Assembly: GCA_964503485.1 (NCBI GenBank)
Contig: CAZDBH010000003.1
Location: 678-64,677, forward strand
Length of the DNA: 64,000 nt
Source of the DNA: an uncultured Bradymonadales bacterium
Lineage (GTDB): Bacteria > Myxococcota_A > Bradymonadia > JAFGEP01
Reading direction: 5' to 3'
Made by a program: the position numbers and the translations under genes. Positions 10,701-18,058 of this stretch are shown piece by piece (position 1 is the stretch's first letter; every line of letters starts with the position of its first letter). The notes below the pieces were generated by a model that searched no databases, was not told the origin of the DNA, and was given only the letters and a program-made list of their open reading frames with translations.

Positions 10701-11347
10701 CGCTGCTGATCCGCGCCTCCTACCAGAGCAGGAACTTCAATGATGTGATCGACGGGGCGGAGGAGGCCTTGAGCTTGAGTGAATTCGTGGACAACACGGT
10801 CGAGTGGGCCTCAACCTCCCATTTCGCGTGTCGTGCTGCGCTCCGTGTGGGGTCCAGCGAGGAAGCCCTGAGGCATGCTCAGAACCTCAATGGTCATGTC
10901 GAGCAACACGGTCTGGAAAAACTCCGAGCTGCCGCGACACTCGATCTGGCTGACAGCCTGTTTTGCAATGGTAGATTCGAGGAAGCTCGCGGTCAGGTCG
11001 AGGCCGAATCGGCCGCGTTAGTTGCCCAGCCGTGGGCGACCGAAGCCGCCTTCCTGAGATTGCGCCTGGCCATTCTGGACCGACCGGCCGATATCGAAGC
11101 AGCTGCCGGCTTGGTCCTGTCACAACTCGACTCAGTCGACCCGTATGCCGATCTCGAGGGAAGGCTGCTCTTGGCCTTGTCAGCGGAACTCGGTTGGGCT
11201 GGGTGTCCGGGTGACAACCCGACTCGCCTCTTCGACCTATCAAAGCAGCCAGGCTCAGATCCAGCGGCAACACTCGACTATCTCTTGGGGTCTCATGCTT
11301 CAGATCAGGTCGAACACGCCCGACAGGCGGTGTTGAGGAAACTCTAG
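7763..11347 (+). CDS. Ser/Thr protein kinase fused to a STAND-type NTPase domain and C-terminal TPR-like repeats.
   Basis: Kinase motifs are VAIKCL, HRDIKPTNIM, DFG and APE. A central P-loop-like segment (FLTGLSGSGVSRL) and a Walker B (LLFLDEIH) follow. The C-terminal about 500 aa are alpha-helical repeats. The start overlaps the upstream stop. Confidence 0.8.
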   Translation: MIPNDPANLRPGSLFAGRYVIQLRVATGPLSVVHFARRTDTGQRVAIKCLRVDRIADADVSRSFRSECLVASGLRHRNTVQLLDYGATGGIPYLVMEAVLGSNLGGVLKTGGKLSPQRVTRIVKQVLDSLEEAHSLGVLHRDIKPTNIMLAQHPFEKDFVKVLDFGTATTVGAAASTPLAGTPLYMAPELTQGTSASIGSDLYSLGCVAYELSVGRPPFEGESAIDTMMMHAKEPFPSLPNDLHSPALVEFIQWTTQKDPTSRLRDARTARLTLTGERQFATLPPPLFHRFGQVPAVPLKAGETLRAVEVERRDDSNRLLRAVVEAVDSPLPTFVFLTGLSGSGVSRLASDVLALDAIQRRVEVKSARCWPSKTSEGKPLANAFAEPDDGDPLSRLEMATRLWDRAKERPSLLFLDEIHLADELTLGILERWLHKGRGIPQNLTVVGTVRLHDPRTNRGFDQICGRLVGRWAQHLRVISIENPPVSQVGELVSETFGPSDQAKQILWNLTRGHLHYLTQLYHHCHQDRSARMAVATITKTTGARGPELRMPTSFRDLVIRRLASTRTESPGLHYTLLALAVLGGSARVTKLDEMAKALPDQEEGLFSLDDVADYVSLGCSLGLLVDESTGHETRVRLANDALFEVIVSSMIDSGQWQTANLKAAQTALSTQRGAFGQHSTSAFHALIGGNVAEGCRQLIQASHTARSGGDLVHAGQLLELAHLRAEAAELSPQERLQIMLLLAEIKRTSGVWGAAQDLFERALEFPHTEDDSERRLRLRLDLADVMISRGDLENAREQLSSALGAAAELERFDLEGETSFHLGKLEAEAGNPEQAQSLFQHARLLLSQQGDRDWLLKIDVALANSLLESGQNTAAQQSLSRVDESAIAQLGGTVEASFFHIRAKLALRSKDYSKAKEDLRAAVKLRQAAGEDRQLGRLIMDLAWTYFREGSYQRAARSAASAARNFAIVDYASGESAARALLIRASYQSRNFNDVIDGAEEALSLSEFVDNTVEWASTSHFACRAALRVGSSEEALRHAQNLNGHVEQHGLEKLRAAATLDLADSLFCNGRFEEARGQVEAESAALVAQPWATEAAFLRLRLAILDRPADIEAAAGLVLSQLDSVDPYADLEGRLLLALSAELGWAGCPGDNPTRLFDLSKQPGSDPAATLDYLLGSHASDQVEHARQAVLRKL

Positions 11348-11363
11348 AGCGCCCGGAAGGCCT

Positions 11364-12182
11364 TCACTCGCTAGCAAGAGGCTGAACGGTGACGTTGTAG
11401 GTCGCTCTCACCCTCGGGTTGTGGCTTCCGACGTAGATCCTCACCAGTCCTTCTGAGAACCAGGCATCAATGGCTGGGTTGATTGAACCGCGGCTGTCGT
11501 CATTGCAGAAGATGCCATCGGACGATTTGACCACCAGCGTCAAGTCGCTCGACGACTCGGCCAAGATTCCCAGGTGCGCGTCGCTCGACAGCAAAATCGT
11601 GTGATTGGCCTCTTCCGAGATTGCCCCCAAGCAGGCTGCTCCATGAACCTGTGCGGACTGATCGCCCCCGCTGGTTCCCTGCAGCCGAAGCGGTCTGCTG
11701 CCCGTGACTTCTGGGGCGAGCGGCCGACCGGTATGGCTCACCAGAACGGAGTACTCACCCGTGGCATCACTGCTGGTGGTGCCGACGTAAAGCGAATACT
11801 CCCCGATTGCGAGGTAGTTGGTTAGCGCCGGGTCGCGATTCGTCTCAGATGCGTCATCGTTGCAGAAGCCCAAGTTCCCACCGCCCAGAAGTAAAGTCGG
11901 ATCGTGGTCTCCGTCTGTTGTGACTTCGACGCGAATGACGCCCTCTTCGATCACATCGAGAAGGAACTGGGGTTGGCGCGATACATAGCCCGGACAGCCG
12001 TGGACGACGGATCCGGCTGAAACCTCGCCACCATAGCTACCCGAGAAGTTTCCAGTGAATCCCTCGCGCACGATGATCCGGGATGGCCCCGTCTGGGCAC
12101 TGGCCACACAGGCTATGACCGTTACAATCATCCAGATAGTGATCGATATATGAACTCTCAGGGAGCGAGTTCCGTGTTGCAT
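11364..12182 (-). CDS. Secreted protein with two internally duplicated PPC-like (pre-peptidase C-terminal) beta-sandwich domains.
   Basis: A signal peptide (ITIWMIVTVIACVASAQ) is followed by two repeats, each ending in LGFCNDD or GIFCNDD with DPTLLL / DLTLVV motifs. Confidence 0.5.
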   Translation of the reverse strand: MQHGTRSLRVHISITIWMIVTVIACVASAQTGPSRIIVREGFTGNFSGSYGGEVSAGSVVHGCPGYVSRQPQFLLDVIEEGVIRVEVTTDGDHDPTLLLGGGNLGFCNDDASETNRDPALTNYLAIGEYSLYVGTTSSDATGEYSVLVSHTGRPLAPEVTGSRPLRLQGTSGGDQSAQVHGAACLGAISEEANHTILLSSDAHLGILAESSSDLTLVVKSSDGIFCNDDSRGSINPAIDAWFSEGLVRIYVGSHNPRVRATYNVTVQPLASE

Positions 12183-12321
12183 GCCTCTTCCTCGAATCCG
12201 TTATTGGGCGGCGGAATCATGGCGGATTCCGATCACAAGTACAACCCCACGTTCCGTTGGATTCTTGCATTGGCGCAGTGAACGTGTTAGCACGCTCTGA
12301 GAGCGTAACTTCAGGTGAGTA

Positions 12322-13251
12322 ATGGCAATCGTCCTCCTGATTGACCCGAGTCGAACGATTCGACGGGTTGTCGAAATGGCCTTCAAGGCTTCCGGGCATG
12401 ATATTGTGGCTGCCGATTCGGCTGCTGCGGGCAAAGAGGCGGTGGTTCGATATGATCCAGCAGTCGTCTTGCTCAACTACCGTCTGCCCGACGCCTCCGG
12501 TCTTGAATTGTTGGGTGCACTAAGAGCCGATCCTGCGACCTCTGGCGTGCCGATTGTCGTTATGGGTGGAACCTTCGAGGCCTTTGATGCGGACCAAGCC
12601 GCGCAAGCGGGCGCGAACTCGGTCCTGATGAAACCCTTCAAAACAGAAGCTTTGCGGCAAACCGTCGCCGGACTGATCAGTGGTGCAGGCGTTCCTGCTA
12701 GCGCACAGCCTTCGGCGCCACAGCCAGCCGCGCTTCCGCAGGCACCGCCACCACCGCCACCTGCACCGCAGGGAATGAGGCCTCCAGCTCCAATGGCCGC
12801 CCCTCGGCCGGCAGCAGCTGCGCCACCGGCACCGCCCGCACCTCCGAGAATGGCACCGCCTCCGGCGCCGCCAGTAAGGCAGGCTCCCGCAATGGCACCT
12901 CCGGTGGCACCGCCACCGGCCGCGCCGCCCGCGCCGCCAGTTGCGATGGCTGCTCCGGTTCCGCCGGTCGCTGCGCCAGTACCAGCTTCACCGCCTGTCC
13001 CGAGTGGCAGACCAGTCGGAGCGCCTCCTGCGGCCATGGTGACCGCCGATCCTGAAGCAGTCAGGGCGGCAGTTCGGGAGTTTCTACCCCAGGTAGTGCG
13101 CGACGCCCTCGCCCAGTTGCTTCGTGATGGACTAGAAAATCGCCTGCGCAGCTACGCCCAGGAACGGGTGGCGGCCATGTTCCGAGAGAACCTGCGCGAG
13201 ACTGCTCGCCAGCTCGTGGAACAAGAGCTTCAACGCTACCGAGGCGGATGA
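12322..13251 (+). CDS. Response-regulator-like protein: receiver domain with the phospho-acceptor Asp replaced (pseudo-receiver), a long Pro/Ala-rich linker and a conserved helical C-terminal domain (RomR/FrzS-like architecture).
   Basis: N-terminal LLIDPSRTIRR..VVLLNYRLPDASG..VMKPF has the receiver fold, but the residue at the canonical phosphorylation position is Asn (LLN). About 110 aa of P/A low complexity follow, then a helical 60-aa tail. Confidence 0.65.
   Translation: MAIVLLIDPSRTIRRVVEMAFKASGHDIVAADSAAAGKEAVVRYDPAVVLLNYRLPDASGLELLGALRADPATSGVPIVVMGGTFEAFDADQAAQAGANSVLMKPFKTEALRQTVAGLISGAGVPASAQPSAPQPAALPQAPPPPPPAPQGMRPPAPMAAPRPAAAAPPAPPAPPRMAPPPAPPVRQAPAMAPPVAPPPAAPPAPPVAMAAPVPPVAAPVPASPPVPSGRPVGAPPAAMVTADPEAVRAAVREFLPQVVRDALAQLLRDGLENRLRSYAQERVAAMFRENLRETARQLVEQELQRYRGG
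12700..13020 (+). repeat. GC-rich low-complexity tract encoding the Pro/Ala-rich linker of the pseudo-receiver protein.
   Basis: Reiterated ccgcc(a/g)ccggc(a/g)ccgcc units. It generates long spurious antisense ORFs. Confidence 0.6.
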
Positions 13252-13772
13252 ACGACCGACTGCGAGAACAGGTCCTCGCAGACCCGACTATTCCCAAACC
13301 AATCCGAAGTGCACTCGAACAGGGACTTCCGCTCGAAGAGATTCGTCTCGATCGGTTCGGAGCCTGGTGGCATGCCGGCCAACGGGTTGAGCATGAGCGG
13401 ATCTGCCGACTGTTTCATCGCAGTATCGAGCGGACTGAAGGCGGCACATACGTTTTGGCCATCTGGCATTTCACGTACCCAATTGTTGTCGAAGATACCC
13501 CGCTCTTTGTTTTGCGAGTCCGAATACCCGAAGACGGCACTGAGAAGGTGGCCGTTGAGCTCTCCGACGGTTCGACCGAGCAACTCGAGTTGGAGGATCT
13601 GAGGCTCGATGGCGAGCGCCTCACAACCACCTTCCAGAACCGACCCTTCGAGGCCCGCTTTCTGCGAGACCCCTACCATACGCTGTTGGACGCCGTTCGC
13701 GATTACCCCGGTGGCGGCTATGCACTGGCCGTCGGTGACACGCTCCAGCCACTGCCGTTTGATTCCGCGTGA
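13248..13772 (+). CDS. Conserved hypothetical protein, translationally coupled to the pseudo-receiver gene.
   Basis: ATGA overlap with the upstream stop. 174 aa, no recognised motif. Confidence 0.45.
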   Translation: MNDRLREQVLADPTIPKPIRSALEQGLPLEEIRLDRFGAWWHAGQRVEHERICRLFHRSIERTEGGTYVLAIWHFTYPIVVEDTPLFVLRVRIPEDGTEKVAVELSDGSTEQLELEDLRLDGERLTTTFQNRPFEARFLRDPYHTLLDAVRDYPGGGYALAVGDTLQPLPFDSA

Positions 13773-13898
13773 TTCGACCGTGCGGGCGGCTGCCCCCACC
13801 ATACCGTGCCTTTTCGGGCTGACTTTCGGGCTCTGCTTCGCTATCATCATGATGACAATAGCCTTTTAGAACAGTCGATTTGAATTGGAGGTAAAGCC

Positions 13899-14342
13899 AT
13901 GAAGCGCTTTCTTAGCGACGTATTGGCCCAGAAGGGGGGTACCGTTTACAGCGTGGCTCCTGATGCCACGGCTCTTGAGGCCGTTCACCTCATGAACGAA
14001 AAAGGCATCGGGGCGGTCCTCGTATTAGTCGATGGCAAAACTGTCGGCATCTTCTCCGAACGAGATGTACTTCGCCGGGTCCTGGACGACGGCTTGGATG
14101 CCGCAAAAACCGCGGTTAGCGAGGTCATGACCAAAAAAGTGGTCTCGATGCGTTCGGACAAGACAGTCAATGAGGCGATGGGCGTCATGACCGAGAAACG
14201 CTGCCGCCATCTTCCGATTATCGACGATGACGAACTGAAAGGAGTCCTCTCTGTCGGCGACCTAACGAAGTGGGTTTGTCGGGATCAGGAACATGAGATC
14301 GAGGAAATGATCGACTACATCGTGGGCCGGTATCCCGGCTAG
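13899..14342 (+). CDS. CBS-domain pair protein.
   Basis: Two CBS repeats are present (GAVLVLVDGKTVGIFSERDVLRRV and RHLPIIDDDELKGVLSVGDL). A good RBS (GGAGG) precedes the start. 147 aa. Confidence 0.75.
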   Translation: MKRFLSDVLAQKGGTVYSVAPDATALEAVHLMNEKGIGAVLVLVDGKTVGIFSERDVLRRVLDDGLDAAKTAVSEVMTKKVVSMRSDKTVNEAMGVMTEKRCRHLPIIDDDELKGVLSVGDLTKWVCRDQEHEIEEMIDYIVGRYPG

Positions 14343-17215
14343 TCGTGGTGAATCGATTCAGGCACTGGCGTTGTCGAGTGGACCGAGTCCTCCTCGTCGC
14401 TGACTTCTGTCTGAGAGACCTCGTCGATCAGAATCGAGTCTCCCTCCACGCCAGCCAGCAAGCATGTGGTCACCGGTTCGATAACACGCTCAGAGAACAA
14501 TCGGCGAAGGTCGCGAGCGTCAGTGAGCTTGAGGGCGTCTGCCTTGATGAGCTCCTCGGTTCGCGACTCGATATCAAGCTGCAGACCGTAGCCCTCTAGG
14601 AGACTGGCGCGAAATCGGGCCAGCTGTTGCTCGAAAAGTGCGCCGATTAAAGCACCGCCGGATGACGCGGCCGATTCGAACAAGATGGGGTGGTGAGCGT
14701 AACACTTCAGTTTAGCGCCCAGGCGCTCGTCATGAGCCTCCAGAAGGCGCGAGGCTCTTGCCCTCGTGTCCTTCACCGGATCGGCGCTTCCAAATCCGAT
14801 CCGCTTCAGTTCCTCTACGCCAGTGTTGACGGTCAGAACGAATACAGCGTGACTCGCGTCGGCGACCATACCCCGAGTATCCCTGATCTTGCCCTCTTCG
14901 AAGAGCGCAAAAAACCGGTCCTGAACTTGAGGATGGGCGAGATCGAAGTCTTCGAGTAGTACGACCGAAGTCGGCCGTCGCCTCAAGGGCGTCACGAGCG
15001 CGTCTTCGTCCTGATAACCTACGTAGCCTGGGGGCGAACCGATCAAACGACTGATCGCGTGCGCCTCCTGGAAATCGGTCATGTTGAGACGAATCAAGGC
15101 TCGAGTATCAGCGTAGATCTCCTTCGCGAGCGCTTTGGCCAGGTCGGTCTTGCCTACAGCCGGTGGCCCGACGAAGACGAAGACTGCTTGGGGACCGCTG
15201 CTCATTCCAGAGCGGAGGCGGCCCGACACCAGTGCGCGAGCCGATTGCTGGACTGCAGCCTCCTGTCCAATCACGTAGGGTTTGAGGCGAGATGCTAAAC
15301 CAACCCACCAACCCTGCTCGCCGTGAACGAGACGGTCGAGAGGCAGTCCCGTCTTCAGGGCGATTTGGGCGGCCACCGACTCCCGCGAAACCACGGGCAG
15401 CGTCGCCTGTGGCGCACCGCTATCGTTGTTCGAAGCCTCGTCCTGTGGCTGGTCGTCGACACTCTCGGCAGCCTTGATGGATTCAGCGATCGCCGCGTCC
15501 ATCAGCAGTTTCTTGGCCTTATCGGGCAGCCGTTGTTCTGGCAGGAAGCGGACAGAGAGCTCCAACGCCGCCACGACCGCTTCGTCAGAGACGCGAACTT
15601 CGTAGTCCTTTTCGTAGGCACTGACCAAACTGTGGAGGATCGATGCGCACAGCTCCTCTTCGGGCTCTGGGACCTCAATCCGCTCGAAGCGGCGCTTCAA
15701 GGCTGGATCTTGCTCGATCCAGCGGTGATATTCTGTCTCTGTGGTCGCTGCGACCACCGCAACATCGCCGTTAGCTAGCGCTGCTTTGAAGTGATTTGGA
15801 ACCTCGGCGGGCTGCCCGCTTCCACTCCTTGGCGAGAAAACCGCGTGGGCTTCGTCGATGAACAGGATGACTTTGTTGGTCGCTTCGAGAAGCAACGCTT
15901 TGATTCGCGCCTCGAGATCACCCCTGTAGCTCGTTCCGCCGATCAGGCTGGCGCCGTTGATCTCGACAACGCGGCAGCCGAGCAACTTGGCGGGGACGTT
16001 CCCTTGTTCGATGCGCGTTGCGAGCGCTGAGGCAAGGGCCGTCTTACCGACTCCAGCCTCTCCGGTCAGCAGTGGGTTGCGCTGTTCCGGTCGCAGTAGG
16101 ACGTTGATCATCCGTTGCAGCTCACGGTCTCGGCCGAGGATTTTCGGGAGGCGCCCGTTGGCAGCCTCGGCCGTCAGGTCCCGCCCCAGTAGGTCCAGCA
16201 TCGGCGTGGGCGACAGCGAACCGGCCAAATCGTCTCCGCGGTCCTGTTCGGCCAGAGCAGCACCCTCGAGCACTTTTGGATCGCCGAGCAAACTCCGGAT
16301 TTCGGATTCGAGACCTAGCGCTCGGATCAACTCGAGGCTGGAACCACCGTCTGCTAGAAAGCCCTCAACCAGATTGGCCTCGCCGACTCGACCCTTGAGG
16401 CCCGCCTTGTCCGATGCATAGGTCAGCATCCGAACCAGTCGAGGGGTCATCGTTCGGCGAGAGAGCAAGAACACGGGCTGTGCTGGAAAGCGAACCCCGA
16501 CAATCCGCAGGAGTTCCTCTCTCAGTTTTCGCGGATCGACGCCTGATGCTTCCGATGCCCGCCACAGGATGCTCTCTCTGAGGCTGCACAAAACTGCCAC
16601 GACGTGGGGAGTACCCAAGAAGGGCATTCCGTTCTTGGCCGCGAGTTGCATGGCGTCTTGCATGACTCGCCAGGTCTGCTCGATAAACGCAGTGGGTCGA
16701 AGCACGCCATCGGTATCGAAGAGGGTGTCGCTTCCCGGTGCAGCCAGCTGCCGAATCGCCCATCGTACTGATGCTGATTCCTGTACCTCGGCTCGCCAGC
16801 CGACGACTCGGGCAAGATCGTTCTCGGAGACCCGGTCCCAGCCAGCTTCGCGAGCCCAATTGAGAGCGTCGTCGAGAATACCGATGAATCCGAGGGAAAA
16901 GTTGTCGACCAGAAGCCTTGGCTCACCGTCCGTCTCGCGCTCGACGCGTCGTGCCAGTTCCTCGATGTCTGCAAGAATGTTCTGAGTCGTACCGGAACCT
17001 CGGGAAGCCCGAGCTAGCTGCTCGCCTAGTTCGTCGTGTCCGCTGCGGAGAAGGACGACAATCAAGTCGATCGGAAGGAACAGAGAGCGACCTACCTCGC
17101 CGAGCCAATCGCGAGTGTTTTCCAAGGCCTTCCAGGCCTTGGCGTCAAACAAATGACGTTGTAGATAACCTTCGCCGTCGTACAAACCCGACGACGTAGA
17201 CTGCCCTTTCATCAA
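14339..17215 (-). CDS. Clp/Hsp100-family double-AAA+ ATPase (ClpV/ClpA-like, short middle domain) with an extended duplicated N-terminal region.
   Basis: AAA1 has Walker A (GEAGVGKTA) and Walker B (ILFIDEAH). AAA2 has VGPPAVGKTDLAK, VVLLEDFD and a sensor-2 region. There is no long ClpB-type coiled-coil M-domain. About 360 aa precede AAA1. Confidence 0.8.
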   Translation of the reverse strand: MMKGQSTSSGLYDGEGYLQRHLFDAKAWKALENTRDWLGEVGRSLFLPIDLIVVLLRSGHDELGEQLARASRGSGTTQNILADIEELARRVERETDGEPRLLVDNFSLGFIGILDDALNWAREAGWDRVSENDLARVVGWRAEVQESASVRWAIRQLAAPGSDTLFDTDGVLRPTAFIEQTWRVMQDAMQLAAKNGMPFLGTPHVVAVLCSLRESILWRASEASGVDPRKLREELLRIVGVRFPAQPVFLLSRRTMTPRLVRMLTYASDKAGLKGRVGEANLVEGFLADGGSSLELIRALGLESEIRSLLGDPKVLEGAALAEQDRGDDLAGSLSPTPMLDLLGRDLTAEAANGRLPKILGRDRELQRMINVLLRPEQRNPLLTGEAGVGKTALASALATRIEQGNVPAKLLGCRVVEINGASLIGGTSYRGDLEARIKALLLEATNKVILFIDEAHAVFSPRSGSGQPAEVPNHFKAALANGDVAVVAATTETEYHRWIEQDPALKRRFERIEVPEPEEELCASILHSLVSAYEKDYEVRVSDEAVVAALELSVRFLPEQRLPDKAKKLLMDAAIAESIKAAESVDDQPQDEASNNDSGAPQATLPVVSRESVAAQIALKTGLPLDRLVHGEQGWWVGLASRLKPYVIGQEAAVQQSARALVSGRLRSGMSSGPQAVFVFVGPPAVGKTDLAKALAKEIYADTRALIRLNMTDFQEAHAISRLIGSPPGYVGYQDEDALVTPLRRRPTSVVLLEDFDLAHPQVQDRFFALFEEGKIRDTRGMVADASHAVFVLTVNTGVEELKRIGFGSADPVKDTRARASRLLEAHDERLGAKLKCYAHHPILFESAASSGGALIGALFEQQLARFRASLLEGYGLQLDIESRTEELIKADALKLTDARDLRRLFSERVIEPVTTCLLAGVEGDSILIDEVSQTEVSDEEDSVHSTTPVPESIHHD

Positions 17216-17372
17216 TCCTCCCTAATGGCCCCGCCAACCGGTGCGTCGCCAAGTATAGCAGGCTTGGCGGGTTCGGTAGATGGTCACTTTTGCAAAATCG
17301 GCAGTTTCAGCGGAAAAACAAATCTTTGTTACTTTACAACAACGCTTTAGGTGGCCAATACTCCCCGAAGCC

Positions 17373-18014
17373 ATGGCAAGAATTTGTCCCGAATGCGGTG
17401 TTACGAGCCCCGGAGAAGTCGACTTCTGCGAGCTCTGCGGTCACGACCTACGTGGGAGTGCGACCCCATCCGGCGGCCACCCCCACAGGATGCCGAGCGG
17501 CCTACTGCGTGTGCCTGGCGAGGCCGATAGCGGAACTGACCAGGGTTCCCGGCCGATCCAACACACTGAAGATCTCCCGGTGGTTCAGGTACAACCCGTC
17601 AACAAGGCGGCGGTCGGCGAAGCAGCTGCGCGGGTCTCTCTGTCAGGCGACTTCACCGGTCTCGAGGGCTCAATTGTCGGGCGAGTGAAACTCGTCGTCG
17701 AGCAGGGGAAGATCATTGGCGAGCAGTATCTACTGTCTGAGAGCCTCATGCTTATTGGACGCGTCGACCCCGAAGCCAATTTCTACCCCGATATCGATCT
17801 GAGCGGACAGGATAACGAATACGTGCATCGTCAACATGCCCGGATTCAATTCATCGACGGGGGCGCCAAAATCTCCGTGGAGCACATCGGCGGTCACAAC
17901 CAGACCCTTGTGAACAACTCGCCTCTCGAGGTCGGAGAACTCGTCGAACTCCGAGTCGGCGACAGACTCCGGGTCGGCCGAGTCGTCATGCGACTCGTGT
18001 GGTTTGAGTCGTGA
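17373..18014 (+). CDS. FHA-domain protein with an N-terminal zinc ribbon.
   Basis: MARICPECG..CELCGH forms a CxxC..CxxC ribbon. The C-terminal FHA signature is LIGR...D..L....VHRQHARI...G...V.H.GG.N.T.VN. Confidence 0.7.
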   Translation: MARICPECGVTSPGEVDFCELCGHDLRGSATPSGGHPHRMPSGLLRVPGEADSGTDQGSRPIQHTEDLPVVQVQPVNKAAVGEAAARVSLSGDFTGLEGSIVGRVKLVVEQGKIIGEQYLLSESLMLIGRVDPEANFYPDIDLSGQDNEYVHRQHARIQFIDGGAKISVEHIGGHNQTLVNNSPLEVGELVELRVGDRLRVGRVVMRLVWFES

Positions 18015-18058
18015 TCACCTATTGGCAAGACTATTGCTAGTATGACGATGACACTCAG

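Noticed and set aside
12477-13037. Long antisense ORFs (186 aa and 97 aa) opposite the Pro/Ala linker.
   Set aside because: They are Gly/Ala low-complexity translations of the GC-rich repeat on the wrong strand, with no start context. An artefact of composition.
14339-18014. Type VI secretion locus (ClpV, FHA, Ser/Thr kinase).
   Set aside because: No TssB/TssC/Hcp/VgrG/TssM-like genes anywhere in the 64 kb. The ATPase has a non-ClpV-like long N-region. Kept only as a signalling analogy.
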